A stretch of 64,000 nt of DNA from a bacterium (GCA_963681965.1 OY820579.1:3104001-3168000), one strand, 5' to 3'. Positions 1 to 10,402 are shown, counted from the stretch's first letter. Notes: generated by a model from the sequence alone, not told the origin. Numbers and translations are program-made.

Positions 1-2
1 TG

Positions 3-506
3 GCACTGAACGAAGTACCAAACCATGAAATCACCGAATCCGACACCAACGATTATCTGAAGGTTCGCAAACGGATCACCGAGGCATACAAGACCCGTGT
101 GAAGATGGAAGATTTGCCGAACCTTCTCGATATCGAATTTGAATCCGATGTCTGGAAAAAGTGGGGCAACAAGTGTCTGAGCTGTGGTACCTGCGCAATG
201 GTTTGCCCGACTTGCCACTGCTACGGTGTCACCGAGCAAGTTACGATGGATCATAAAGAGGGTCACAAGATTAACTACCTGTACTCTTGCAACCTGCTTG
301 ACTTTGCAATGGTAGCTGGTGGACACAACTTCCGTCCCGCTAAAGAGACCCGTCTTAAATACCGCTTCTATCACCAGCACCGAGGTTTTGTCGAAACCTA
401 TGGCGAACCGATGTGCGTCGGTTGTAACCGTTGCGGTCAAGCGTGTCTAGCTGGAATCAATCCGGTAGAGGTTATTCGCGATCTGCAGGAAGAAGGTAAG
501 CTATGA
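3..506 (+). CDS. Group 3b (sulf)hydrogenase beta subunit, 4Fe-4S dicluster protein (5' truncated by window edge)
   Basis: Frame open from position 3; [16 protein letters not shown] and [11 protein letters not shown] ferredoxin motifs typical of HydB/AsrA; ATGA overlap with next gene. Confidence 0.9.
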   Translation, partial: ALNEVPNHEITESDTNDYLKVRKRITEAYKTRVKMEDLPNLLDIEFESDVWKKWGNKCLSCGTCAMVCPTCHCYGVTEQVTMDHKEGHKINYLYSCNLLDFAMVAGGHNFRPAKETRLKYRFYHQHRGFVETYGEPMCVGCNRCGQACLAGINPVEVIRDLQEEGKL

Positions 507-1408
507 ACATTTTCACGACCTACGATGTCACCAAGGAAACTGAAATGGTCTTGCCGTTGGAGTTTAATCGCTCGAACCGGCTGATGCATGTTGATAAGAC
601 CTTCAAGGCAGAAATAACCAACGTAATTCGTCTCACCGACATGGAGAAACTATTCCACGTCCGCATCATCGATCCCGATGAACGCGAACGCTTTACATTT
701 CTTCCCGGTCAGTTCGTGATGATGGAAGTCCCAGGCTACGGCGAAGTACCGATTTCGATTTCCGGTTCCCCTTCCAACAAGGGATATTTGGAACTCTGTA
801 TCCGTCGCGCAGGTGTCGTGACGACGTTGCTCCACAAAGCACGACGCGGCGCCCGAATCGGTATTCGTGGACCGTTCGGCAACTCCTTCCCGATGGAAAA
901 AATGAAGGGACAGAATGTCCTATTGATCGCCGGTGGTCTGGGATTAGCGCCACTCCGCGCTCCAATTTTCCACGTAACGGAAAATCGCTCCGAATTCAAC
1001 GATGTCCACATTTTATACGGTACCCGAACTGCCGACCAATTGCTGTTCGACTACCAATACGATGAATGGCGCCGGATCGACGATGTGAATCTTCAGATCA
1101 TCGTTGAACAGGGCAATGCCGCCTGGACCGGAAAAGTGGGATTGATCACCAAGCTGCTCGACGAAATGACGATCGATCCACTGAATACCTACGCCATCGT
1201 GTGTGGACCGCCAATTATGTTCAAATTCGTGTGCAACCGCTTACGCAGCATGGGCGTGCCGATGCACCGTATGTTCGTTTCGCTCGAACGCCGAATGCAT
1301 TGCGGTATGGGCAAGTGCTGCCGATGCAATATCGGTTCGACCTTTATTTGTGTTGACGGTCCGGTGTTCGATTATTGGTCCGTTCTGAATCTGAAAGAAG
1401 CGATCTGA
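503..1408 (+). CDS. Group 3b hydrogenase gamma subunit (FAD/NAD(P)-binding, 2Fe-2S)
   Basis: [41 protein letters not shown]...CVDGP motifs of the HydG/AsrB family. Confidence 0.92.
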   Translation: MNIFTTYDVTKETEMVLPLEFNRSNRLMHVDKTFKAEITNVIRLTDMEKLFHVRIIDPDERERFTFLPGQFVMMEVPGYGEVPISISGSPSNKGYLELCIRRAGVVTTLLHKARRGARIGIRGPFGNSFPMEKMKGQNVLLIAGGLGLAPLRAPIFHVTENRSEFNDVHILYGTRTADQLLFDYQYDEWRRIDDVNLQIIVEQGNAAWTGKVGLITKLLDEMTIDPLNTYAIVCGPPIMFKFVCNRLRSMGVPMHRMFVSLERRMHCGMGKCCRCNIGSTFICVDGPVFDYWSVLNLKEAI

Positions 1409-1420
1409 CGGGGGACCTTA

Positions 1421-2182
1421 ATGAAATATCTTAGTATAGAACCAGCGCGCCCGAAAATTGCGGTTTTCGATTTCACCGATTGCGAAGGGTGCGAACTGCA
1501 ATTGGTAAATAAAGAAGATACTTTGGTCGACTTCCTGAAAGCGATCGAAGTAGTCAACTTCCGCGAAGCCATGACCAGTGATCGCGACGATTACGATATC
1601 GCGTTCATCGAAGGTGCAATCAGCCGCGCCGACGAAATCGAGCGATTGTTGAAGATTCGCAAGAAAGCGAAAGTCTTGATCGCATTCGGAAGTTGCGCTT
1701 GCTTTGGCGGTGTCAACCGATTGAAGAATTTTTACAGTCTGCACGAACTGAATCGCGAAGTCTATGGCGACAAACCGAAAGATACGATGCCTGTCCGTGC
1801 TGTCAAGGATATCGTGCAAGTCGATTTCGAAATTCCCGGTTGCCCGGTAAATAAAATTGAAATCGAACGCATCGTTCAACACCTGATCTGGGAAGTACCC
1901 TATCAGTTCCCGGTATATCCCGTCTGTTTCGAATGTCGTCAGCGGTTTTCGATTTGTCGGTGGGAACTTGGCGAAATGTGCCTCGGACCGATCTCTGCTG
2001 CAGGTTGCAATGCTCCCTGTCCGACTGGTGGGATGGGTTGCTGGGGTTGCCGTGGTGTCGCAGCGGCACCAAACTTTGAAGAATTCTTCGAAATCGCAGC
2101 CAAGCGCGGATATACTCACGACGAAGTAATCGAGCGGATGAATTTTTACGGTGGGTTCAAGGAAGTTACGGGGGATAAATAA
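1421..2182 (+). CDS. Group 3b [NiFe] hydrogenase small (delta) subunit
   Basis: DCEGC, IEGAI, GSCACFGG, IPGCP, VCFEC, CLGP...CNAPCP...CWGCRG. Confidence 0.93.
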   Translation: MKYLSIEPARPKIAVFDFTDCEGCELQLVNKEDTLVDFLKAIEVVNFREAMTSDRDDYDIAFIEGAISRADEIERLLKIRKKAKVLIAFGSCACFGGVNRLKNFYSLHELNREVYGDKPKDTMPVRAVKDIVQVDFEIPGCPVNKIEIERIVQHLIWEVPYQFPVYPVCFECRQRFSICRWELGEMCLGPISAAGCNAPCPTGGMGCWGCRGVAAAPNFEEFFEIAAKRGYTHDEVIERMNFYGGFKEVTGDK

Positions 2183-3459
2183 TGAAACTCGACCTCAATG
2201 TTGACGTTCACCACCTAACTCGCGTCGAAGGTCACGGTAACATCCGGATCCGCGTCGAAAGTGGAGAATTGAAAGAAGCCGCTTGGGAAGTGATCGAGAC
2301 TCCGCGTTACTTCGAAGTGATGCTCAAAGGCAAGAAGTACGATGCCGCGCATATTCTTACCTCGCGAATTTGCGGTATCTGCTCGATCGGTCACACTTTG
2401 GCAAGCCTCCGCGCAACCGAAAATGCCTTTGGGATTGAAATTCCCGAAGCTGCCCGAAAATTGCGTTGGTTAGCCAAACACGGCGAAACGCTCCAGAGTC
2501 ATTATTTACATCTGTTCTTTTTGGCTGCTCCGGATTTTCTCGGATTGCCAAGTGCAATACCGTTGATCGATTCCAAACCCGAAGTCGTGGCGATTGCCGC
2601 TCGATTGAAGGGCATGGCGAACAATATGTGCGATCTGATTGCCGGAAGAACCACTCATCCGGTATCGATCCACGTCGGTGGCATGACGAAAGCACCTACG
2701 AAGCGCGATTTGTTGGCGCTACGTGATGCTCTTGCGCGTTCCGTGGAAGATGTCCTCCCCACAATCGATTTGTTCAAGACGCTCGAGATCCCCGATTTCG
2801 CTCGCGAAACCGAATTCGTCGCGTTGAAGGGTGTGAAAGAATACCCATTCATCGGTGGCGATTTGGTTTCGACCGATGGTATCGTCAAACCGGAAAAAGA
2901 CTATTTGGCTATGACCAACGAATTTGTCGTCGACCACAGCACTTCCAAGTGGTGCAAGTTGTCGCGCAATTCGTTCGCAGTCGGTGCGCTGGCACGTGTC
3001 AACAACAACTACAAGTTGCTGCACAAAGAAGCGCGCAAGGTTGCCGAGGCATTCGGTTTGAAACCGGTGAATCACAATCCGTACATGAACAATATCGCGC
3101 AGTTGGTGGAAGCGGTACATTGCACCTACGAATCGATTCGCATTATCGAGGAGTTGGTCGCAATGCCGGAACCGTGGGAATTACGTGCCCCGGTAACACC
3201 AAAGGCAGGTTATGGCGTCGGTGCGGTCGAAGTTCCTCGCGGCATCTTGTATCATGCTTACGAGTACGGCGACAACGGTCGAATCGTCAAAGCCGATTGT
3301 ATCATTCCAACGACCCAAAATCATGCGAATATCTACGACGACATGTATGCATTGGTCAAGAAATTCGCTGTCAAGGGAATGAACGATACGAAGATGGAAC
3401 TGCTTTGCTCGATGCTTGTGCGCGCATACGACCCCTGCATTTCCTGTTCGGTACACTAA
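2182..3459 (+). CDS. Group 3b [NiFe] hydrogenase large (alpha) subunit
   Basis: TRVEGHG; L1 motif SRICGICSIGH; EVPRG; L2 motif YDPCISCSVH at the C-terminus. Confidence 0.96.
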   Translation: MKLDLNVDVHHLTRVEGHGNIRIRVESGELKEAAWEVIETPRYFEVMLKGKKYDAAHILTSRICGICSIGHTLASLRATENAFGIEIPEAARKLRWLAKHGETLQSHYLHLFFLAAPDFLGLPSAIPLIDSKPEVVAIAARLKGMANNMCDLIAGRTTHPVSIHVGGMTKAPTKRDLLALRDALARSVEDVLPTIDLFKTLEIPDFARETEFVALKGVKEYPFIGGDLVSTDGIVKPEKDYLAMTNEFVVDHSTSKWCKLSRNSFAVGALARVNNNYKLLHKEARKVAEAFGLKPVNHNPYMNNIAQLVEAVHCTYESIRIIEELVAMPEPWELRAPVTPKAGYGVGAVEVPRGILYHAYEYGDNGRIVKADCIIPTTQNHANIYDDMYALVKKFAVKGMNDTKMELLCSMLVRAYDPCISCSVH

Positions 3460-3485
3460 GCGGTGCATTCATTTTGATAAAATCG

Positions 3486-3513
3486 GGGCGTCGGAAACGG
3501 CGCCCTGTTTTTT
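3486..3513 (+). terminator. Intrinsic terminator after hydrogenase operon
   Basis: GGGCGTCG-GAAA-CGGCGCCC stem-loop followed by TGTTTTTT. Confidence 0.8.
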
Positions 3514-3514
3514 C

Positions 3515-3595
3515 ATCGGAGGTTAGACTTTCGTCTGACTTCATTTGAATCTTTTTCAGAATCAGTATTTGTCATGCTAAAGCACAACCTCCGAT
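3515..3595. repeat. Inverted pair of REP-like palindromes (REPIN-like)
   Basis: ATCGGAG-GTTAGAC-TTTC-GTCTGAC on + and ATCGGAG-GTTGTGC-TTTA-GCATGAC on -, facing each other. Confidence 0.5.
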
Positions 3596-3683
3596 ATGAA
3601 TGCCTCGACATCTGCTTCCGATTGTTGTAACTTCTTAGTAAGCAGATTCAATTCTAATACTGAATAAATATTAGTAAACGCTG

Positions 3684-6032
3684 ATGAATAATAGCATTCG
3701 ACACATCTATAAAATCACTGGTTTCGTCCAAGGGGTTGGCTTTCGCCCCTTCATATATCGTATTGCCCACGAATGCGGTATCAGTGGCTTTGTGCGGAAT
3801 CTCTCCTGGGGTGTCGAAATCGAAGCGCAAGGGGATCCTGAGCAGATAACGTCATTTGAAGTAAAACTTCGATCGGAACTACCACCACTTGCCGAAATTC
3901 ATTCGCTGGAAATAATCGAAATGCCTTTGCTCGATGATTCTCTAGATCATAAATTTTTCATAATTGAAAGTGGCACGAGTACCGCCGAAGCTGCCCTGAT
4001 CAGTCCCGATGTCGCCACTTGTACCGATTGTTTGCGCGAGCTAAACGACCCATCTGATCGTCGTTACCATTACCCCTTCATCAACTGTACGAACTGCGGA
4101 CCCCGTTTCACCATCATTGAGGAAGTACCATATGATCGGGCTAAAACGACGATGCATTGCTTTCCGCTCTGTTCCGATTGCGAACGCGAATACCGCGATC
4201 CCGTCAATCGCCGCTTCCATGCCGAACCGGTCGCATGCCCCGTCTGCGGACCGCATCTTGCATTCGTCGATGGTTCGCAACCGATACCCGCTGAAAATGT
4301 GTTCGGTCAAGATGAAGCGCAATTACAATTAACGATCGGTTCGCTCAAAGCCGGAAAAATAGTCGCAGTGAAAGGCTTGGGGGGATTTCATCTTGTCTGC
4401 GATGCGACAAATGAACCAGCCGTTTTTCGTCTCCGTCAGCGCAAACATCGACCCGATAAACCGCTGGCAATCATGGTTCCAGATCTTGATCAGGTGAGAC
4501 AATTCTGTTTCGTCTCTGAATCGGAAGCAAATGAACTGAAAAGTTTTCGCCAACCGATCCTGTTACTGAAACGTCGAGCAAGTGATGTGCAAGCGAAGAT
4601 ATCTCAACTTGCCGACTCTATTGCGCCCAATCTCAATGAAGTCGGCGTAATGCTCCCTTACACTCCGCTACACCATCTGTTATTCCAACTTGGACAGTTC
4701 CCGGCACTGGTCATGACCAGCGGCAATCGATCCGAAGAACCGATCGTCATCGATAACGATGAAGCAATCCAAAAATTATCGGATATTGCCGACGATTTCT
4801 TGTTACACAATCGTGTCATCTGGAATCGCTGTGACGATTCGGTTGGATACTTTCGCGACCAAACCCCGGTACTGACCCGACGCGCGCGGGGCTTCGCGCC
4901 TCGTCCGGTACCGTTACTCCACGACGCTCCGCCGACTTTGGCAGTCGGTGCGATGTACTGCAATGTCTTCGCACTTGCCGAAAATCGGCGAACATTTTTA
5001 TCGCAACACATCGGCGATGTCGACTCCACCAAAACACTAGATTTCCTGGCTGAATCGGTCGACAAACTGAAACGGTGGTTGCAAATCGATCCTGAGTTGA
5101 TCGTTCACGATCTTCATCCGGATTTGCTCACAACCCGCTATGCGCAACAGGTTGCCGATGGAAAACAATTGTTCCCGGTTCAGCATCATCAAGCTCATTT
5201 CGCTTCAGCACTAACTGCGAATGGTATTGCCGAACCTACTGTCGGGATTGTATTCGATGGCACTGGTTTCGGAACTGATCGGACTATTTGGGGTGGCGAA
5301 TTCTTTGTAGGATCCATTCGGCAAGTGGAGCGAGTCGGTCACCTCCTCCCCTTACCGCTTCCGGGTGGCGACGCTGCTATTCGACGACCGGCTCGGGTAG
5401 CGATCGCTTATATACACACACTACTGCCGGATTACTCCATCGCCCCATTAGCACTCTGGAATAATGTAGATAATGACGTGATCACTGTCGTTCGACAAAT
5501 GGTTGATCAGCGATTCAATACAATCCCAACTTCAAGTATCGGGCGCTTATTTGACGCTGTATCGGCATTACTAAGTGTGCGATTCGAAGTATCTTACGAA
5601 GGACAAGCCGCCATCGAGCTGGAAAGTCTGGCAGAACGCTCCTCAACCGATATTTCCAAACTAGCAGACTACAAGTTACATTTTGCTATTGAGAAGCGCG
5701 ACAACCAATGGATCATTCAACCCAAACCGATGCTGGAGGGATTGATCAATGCGCTGATTGCCGGTCAATCGCGAGCCGATTTAGCGTATCACTTTCATCA
5801 TTCGCTTGCAGAAGTTTCGGCTGATATATCTGAACATATCGCACAGCATCACAGACTGAAGAAAATCGTGTTATGCGGCGGTGTTTTCCAGAATCGATTG
5901 TTGACTCGATTGACCGCATCGAACCTTCGTGCAAGGGGTCTAGAACCCGTTCTGCCGGGAATTATTCCGGTGAATGACGGTGGCATAGCATTAGGGCAAG
6001 TCGCCGTCGCAGCGGCAAATAGAAAGCAGTAG
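3684..6032 (+). CDS. hypF: Carbamoyltransferase HypF
   Basis: Acylphosphatase GFVQGVGFRPF, two Zn fingers (CTDC/CTNCGPR, CSDC/CPVCGP), KGLGGFHL, QHHQAH, DGTGFG, NDGGIALGQ. Confidence 0.97.
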   Translation: MNNSIRHIYKITGFVQGVGFRPFIYRIAHECGISGFVRNLSWGVEIEAQGDPEQITSFEVKLRSELPPLAEIHSLEIIEMPLLDDSLDHKFFIIESGTSTAEAALISPDVATCTDCLRELNDPSDRRYHYPFINCTNCGPRFTIIEEVPYDRAKTTMHCFPLCSDCEREYRDPVNRRFHAEPVACPVCGPHLAFVDGSQPIPAENVFGQDEAQLQLTIGSLKAGKIVAVKGLGGFHLVCDATNEPAVFRLRQRKHRPDKPLAIMVPDLDQVRQFCFVSESEANELKSFRQPILLLKRRASDVQAKISQLADSIAPNLNEVGVMLPYTPLHHLLFQLGQFPALVMTSGNRSEEPIVIDNDEAIQKLSDIADDFLLHNRVIWNRCDDSVGYFRDQTPVLTRRARGFAPRPVPLLHDAPPTLAVGAMYCNVFALAENRRTFLSQHIGDVDSTKTLDFLAESVDKLKRWLQIDPELIVHDLHPDLLTTRYAQQVADGKQLFPVQHHQAHFASALTANGIAEPTVGIVFDGTGFGTDRTIWGGEFFVGSIRQVERVGHLLPLPLPGGDAAIRRPARVAIAYIHTLLPDYSIAPLALWNNVDNDVITVVRQMVDQRFNTIPTSSIGRLFDAVSALLSVRFEVSYEGQAAIELESLAERSSTDISKLADYKLHFAIEKRDNQWIIQPKPMLEGLINALIAGQSRADLAYHFHHSLAEVSADISEHIAQHHRLKKIVLCGGVFQNRLLTRLTASNLRARGLEPVLPGIIPVNDGGIALGQVAVAAANRKQ

Positions 6033-6041
6033 GAATTCAAA

Positions 6042-6287
6042 ATGTGTTTAGCAGTACCGGGACTCATTAAACAAATCGACCACGGAATGGCAATCGTCGA
6101 TTTCGGCGGCGTTGCCCGTCAAATCGCATTGGATCTTCTTCCCGAAGCAAAACCGGGTGAATACATCCTTGCCCATGCCGGATTTGCCCTCCAGATCATC
6201 GATGAAAAAGAGGCACTCGAGTTATTCGATCTCTTCCGTGAATTGGACGAAAAAATCGCCAGCGATTCGGAGCAGTCGGAGCAATGA
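6042..6287 (+). CDS. hypC: Hydrogenase chaperone HypC
   Basis: MCLAVPG N-terminus, HAGFA. Confidence 0.97.
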   Translation: MCLAVPGLIKQIDHGMAIVDFGGVARQIALDLLPEAKPGEYILAHAGFALQIIDEKEALELFDLFRELDEKIASDSEQSEQ

Positions 6288-7363
6288 GTACCGAGCATAA
6301 TCATTCAGTCTCCGATCAATATTTCAATCAAATCGCGAAACTTGTTACACATCCCATCAATCTGATGGAAGTCTGCGGTACCCATACTGTTGCAATCAGC
6401 CGGTTTGGCATCCGTTCACGCTTACCACGCGATCTGCGCTTGCTATCCGGTCCCGGGTGTCCTGTCTGTGTCACCCCCACTGCCATTATCGATACAATCA
6501 TCGAATTATCGCGCCTTCCCGATGTTATCATCGCCACTTTCGGTGACATGCTCCGAGTACCGGGAACAGCTTCTTCGCTGCAGCAGGAACGTGCCAGTGG
6601 AAAATCGATCAAGATTATTTATTCACCGCTGGAAGCGATCGAACTAGCCCAGCAACAACCATCCAAAACGATCGTTTTGGTTGCAGTAGGATTTGAAACG
6701 ACACTACCGGTACTAGCCGCAACGATGATTCGTGCCAAAGAAATGAAATTGGAAAATTTCTTTGCGATACCATCCGGGCGTCTTGCACCTCCGGCAATGG
6801 CTGCACTCCTTCAATCGAACGATGTCAAGATCGATGGTTTCATTTGTCCCGGTCATGTTAGCACCATCATCGGCAGCGCCCCATATCTTCCATTGGCGCG
6901 AGATTATCATGTACCCTGCGTCGTTACCGGTTTTGAAGCCAACGATATTCTTCAGGGCGTAGTGCAATTACTGGAACAGATCGCCGACAATCGTACCGAA
7001 GTCGAGATTCAATACAAACGTGCTGTTTCCGATTCCGGCAATAAAATTGCGCAAGATGCGATCGCTCGCGTCTTCCAAATCGTCGATGCGGAATGGCGCG
7101 GAATTGGTGTAATTCCTCTTTCTGGAATGGAATTCAACGAAGAATTTCACTATTTCGATGCTCGACAGCGCTTCTCAATCACAACTTCGACAACATCAGC
7201 CATGCCAGCCGGATGCCGCTGTGGCGAAATAATGCGGGGAATGAAATTGCCGCCGGAATGCGAGCTATTCGGTCGGAGCTGTACCCCTCAACACGCGGTC
7301 GGTCCCTGCATGGTATCAAGTGAAGGGTGTTGTGCCGCTTACTATCGGTACGGTAGTACATAG
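6284..7363 (+). CDS. hypD: Hydrogenase formation protein HypD
   Basis: MEVCGTHT, GPGCPVCVT, GFETT, PGHVS, GPCMVSSEGCCAAYY. Confidence 0.97.
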   Translation: MSTEHNHSVSDQYFNQIAKLVTHPINLMEVCGTHTVAISRFGIRSRLPRDLRLLSGPGCPVCVTPTAIIDTIIELSRLPDVIIATFGDMLRVPGTASSLQQERASGKSIKIIYSPLEAIELAQQQPSKTIVLVAVGFETTLPVLAATMIRAKEMKLENFFAIPSGRLAPPAMAALLQSNDVKIDGFICPGHVSTIIGSAPYLPLARDYHVPCVVTGFEANDILQGVVQLLEQIADNRTEVEIQYKRAVSDSGNKIAQDAIARVFQIVDAEWRGIGVIPLSGMEFNEEFHYFDARQRFSITTSTTSAMPAGCRCGEIMRGMKLPPECELFGRSCTPQHAVGPCMVSSEGCCAAYYRYGST

Positions 7364-7375
7364 GATTTACTTACA

Positions 7376-8383
7376 ATGAGTATTTATCGGGAAACAGCAA
7401 TTATCTTGGATCACGGCGAAGGTGGTGCCGCCACGAATCGACTCGTTCAAAATCTTTTTTTCAAGCATCTTGGTGCACCGACCGTACCAGAAGATGCTAC
7501 GATTGTTCCCGGAAACGATCGACTTGCTATCACCACCGATTCGTTTGTCGTCCGACCAGCCGAATTTCCCGGTGGTAACATCGGCAAGCTTGCGGTCTGC
7601 GGTACAGTTAACGACTTGGCAGTGATGGGTGCTAAACCAGTTTATCTCACAGCGGGATATATTCTGGAAGAAGGGCTGTCGCTTGAAATTCTTGAGCGAA
7701 TTGTCATAGCGATGGCACAAACAGCTCGAGAAGCGGGTGTCAGCATCATTGCCGGTGATACAAAAGTCGTGGGTAAAGGCGATGCCGATGGAATTTTCAT
7801 CAATACTACCGGCGTCGGTTTCGTTCCCGCCGATCGCAATCTTTCCAGTGCCAGCGTCAAACCGGGCGATGCAATTATCGTGAGTGGTACCATTGCTGAA
7901 CACGGAATCGCAGTCATGGTTGCTCGTGAGAGTTTCGGAATTTCCGGAGATCTCCAATCCGATTGCCAGCCGCTGGCGGATTTAGCTGAAGCGCTTATAG
8001 CAGTCGTTCCACAAGTCCGATGTATGCGCGACCCGACTCGCGGCGGCGTCGCGACGACGCTACTCGAAATTGCTACGGCGTCGAATGTCGGAATGATCTT
8101 GAATGAAATGGCTATACCATTGCGTCGACCGGTTCGCGCGGCATGCGATCTGCTTGGGATCGATCCGCTGTATGTCGCTTGCGAAGGTCGCTTTCTCGCG
8201 ATCGTTCCCGATGAGTTGAAAGAAGAAGCGTTGCTTGCGCTTCGACGTCATCCCCGTGGCAAAAACGCCTCGATCATCGGGCAAGCTGTCGTGAGTCCGA
8301 AAGGAGTACATCTAGAAACAATCAACGGTGGCGAACGACCATTGATTGCACTCGAAGGTGCTCAGTTACCGAGAATTTGCTGA
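7376..8383 (+). CDS. hypE: Hydrogenase maturation protein HypE
   Basis: TTDSFVV, GTVNDLA, GDTKVV, RDPTRGG, C-terminal LPRIC. Confidence 0.97.
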   Translation: MSIYRETAIILDHGEGGAATNRLVQNLFFKHLGAPTVPEDATIVPGNDRLAITTDSFVVRPAEFPGGNIGKLAVCGTVNDLAVMGAKPVYLTAGYILEEGLSLEILERIVIAMAQTAREAGVSIIAGDTKVVGKGDADGIFINTTGVGFVPADRNLSSASVKPGDAIIVSGTIAEHGIAVMVARESFGISGDLQSDCQPLADLAEALIAVVPQVRCMRDPTRGGVATTLLEIATASNVGMILNEMAIPLRRPVRAACDLLGIDPLYVACEGRFLAIVPDELKEEALLALRRHPRGKNASIIGQAVVSPKGVHLETINGGERPLIALEGAQLPRIC

Positions 8384-8410
8384 AAGTTTAACACGAAGTA
8401 GAAGATTATT

Positions 8411-8764
8411 ATGCACGAAGCATCGATCGCACAACATATCATCGACCAATTGAATGAGCGCATCGCGGACGGAACACTTCCGCCCCGCATCGAAAAAATT
8501 CATTTGAAGATTGGAAAACTTACTGCCGTCGTTCCGGATAACCTCGCTTTTATGTTCGGCGTCTTAGTACAGGGATCTGATCTCGAAAAAGTGCAACTGG
8601 ACATGACGGAAATCGCGGTGCGATGTCAGTGCTTACATTGTAACGTCGAGTATGAGGCTGAGGAGATGAATTTCTGGTGTCGCGAATGCGGATCGCCGGA
8701 AGTGAAAATTGTAACGGGTCGAGAATTATTAATTGATTCGGTAGAGGTAGAAGATGCAAACTAA
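8411..8764 (+). CDS. hypA: Nickel metallochaperone HypA
   Basis: MHE N-terminus; CLHC...CRECGS zinc site; GREL. Confidence 0.95.
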   Translation: MHEASIAQHIIDQLNERIADGTLPPRIEKIHLKIGKLTAVVPDNLAFMFGVLVQGSDLEKVQLDMTEIAVRCQCLHCNVEYEAEEMNFWCRECGSPEVKIVTGRELLIDSVEVEDAN

Positions 8765-9521
8765 AACCATAAGTGTCGTCACGAAAATATTGGATGCAAA
8801 CACGCGAGTAGCGGCAGAAAATCGACATCGCTTTCAACACGCCGGGGTCTTGACGATCAATCTGATCAGTAGTCCCGGATCGGGAAAAACGACGATCCTT
8901 GAAACCACGATTCCGCGGTTGATTGCCGATGGCTACAAAGTTGGTGTGATCGCCGCAGATATTGCAACCACCGCCGATGCCGAACGCATTGCGGCACACA
9001 ATATTCCCGTCATTCAAATTACAACCGACAGTTTCGGTGGTGCTTGTCATCTTGAAGCGCCTACTGTCCGGCAAGCGCTGGATCAATTCCCACTGGATGG
9101 ATTGGATCTCCTCTTCATTGAAAATGTCGGTAACCTGGTCTGCCCTGCTGAATTCGATATCGGCGAAGCACTGCGCGTGACGCTGATTTCGGTTACCGAA
9201 GGCGAAGACAAACCGTTGAAATATCCATTGGCATTTCGCGTATCCGATTGTGCAGTCGTGACAAAAACCGATCTTATACCCCATCTCCGGATATCGATGG
9301 AGAAACTGCGAAATTGCATTGCCCAGATCAATCCGAAAATGCCGCGATTTGAAGTCTCGTCGCACTCTGGCGAAGGGATGGAACAGTGGATCGATTGGCT
9401 TAAAGCGCAGATTGCGAACAAGGAAGAATTACTGGAGCACGTTCATGCTCACGACGACGGTCTGGAGCACGAGCATGGGCATTCGCACGGACACAGCCAC
9501 GGACATACGCATAGCCACTAA
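8754..9521 (+). CDS. hypB: Nickel incorporation GTPase HypB with C-terminal His-rich tail
   Basis: SSPGSGKT, ACHL, ENVGNLVCPA, EGEDKPLKYP, TKTD. Confidence 0.96.
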   Translation: MQTKTISVVTKILDANTRVAAENRHRFQHAGVLTINLISSPGSGKTTILETTIPRLIADGYKVGVIAADIATTADAERIAAHNIPVIQITTDSFGGACHLEAPTVRQALDQFPLDGLDLLFIENVGNLVCPAEFDIGEALRVTLISVTEGEDKPLKYPLAFRVSDCAVVTKTDLIPHLRISMEKLRNCIAQINPKMPRFEVSSHSGEGMEQWIDWLKAQIANKEELLEHVHAHDDGLEHEHGHSHGHSHGHTHSH

Positions 9522-9539
9522 TAGCTTAGAGCTAATAAG

Positions 9540-9570
9540 AAAACGGGAAGCGATCTGCTTCCCGTGTTTT
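9540..9570. terminator. Probable bidirectional terminator between hypB and convergent gene
   Basis: ACGGGAAGC-GATCT-GCTTCCCGT with short A/T tracts on both sides. Confidence 0.7.
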
Positions 9571-9592
9571 GATTATAATACTAAATGATTCA

Positions 9593-10402
9593 TCAATTAT
9601 CATTTCTTACAATTCGAAATCCAAAATCAAACCCTTGATCGACCGGGGCGCTTGCTAATCGACTAGTTGAAAAACAATTTCCCGGTGTGTCATTCCAAGA
9701 CCCGCCCCGGAGTACTCTAAGCTGAGTGATCGGGTTAAGCCACGCACTTTCAGTCGCTGGTGCACCATTATAGTCATCGTGATAGTAATCTTCACACCAT
9801 TCGTAAATATTACCTGCCATATCGAACAGATTCCAAGTATTGGAGTGTTTTCTTCCTACAATATGTGTCGATTGCGAGCTATTTCCGGAATACCAAGCAT
9901 AATCGTTAATGAGGCTTAGATTATTATCGTTTCCCCAATAGAAATTCGTGGATGACCCGGCTCGAATTGCATATTCCCACTCGGCTTCGCTTGGCAATCG
10001 CCAAAGCACATTACCTGACTGCCGATTCAATGAATCAATTAAAGCGTGAATGTCGATCCAAGAAACACTTTCGACAGGAAGACTATCACCAATAAAATGA
10101 GAAGGATTACTTCTCATGATACCTACCCATTGGTTCTGAGTGAACTCAGTTCTTCCCAACCAGAATCCGGATCGAATATTAACTTGATGTGGAGGACCAG
10201 AATTTTCCGATCCCATCGAGTAAACACCGTTGGGAATCCATGACATCTCAATATTTATACCTGAATTTCCCAACGTGAATGATTGTGTAGTACCTGCAAG
10301 TCTTGTTTGAATTATTGTTACAGGATTAGAAGTGTCGTCGGATTTATTACATCCCGAAAAGCACAAAGCACAACTGAGGAACAATAAAAAAAATAAAAGC
10401 AC
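9593..10402 (-). CDS. FGE-sulfatase (SUMF1/C-type lectin fold) domain lipoprotein
   Basis: Signal peptide with lipobox FSGC; PVESVSW, RLPSEAEWEYA, NLFDMAGNIYEWC, RGGSW, GFR; GGAGG RBS before GTG. Confidence 0.88.
   Translation of the reverse strand: MLLFFLLFLSCALCFSGCNKSDDTSNPVTIIQTRLAGTTQSFTLGNSGINIEMSWIPNGVYSMGSENSGPPHQVNIRSGFWLGRTEFTQNQWVGIMRSNPSHFIGDSLPVESVSWIDIHALIDSLNRQSGNVLWRLPSEAEWEYAIRAGSSTNFYWGNDNNLSLINDYAWYSGNSSQSTHIVGRKHSNTWNLFDMAGNIYEWCEDYYHDDYNGAPATESAWLNPITQLRVLRGGSWNDTPGNCFSTSRLASAPVDQGFDFGFRIVRNDN

Noticed and set aside
2182-3459. Selenocysteine or read-through in the hydrogenase large subunit
   Set aside because: All four ligands are Cys codons and the stop is TAA followed by a terminator.
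9593-9720. Complete diversity-generating retroelement in this window
   Set aside because: No reverse transcriptase, Avd or template repeat is visible locally.
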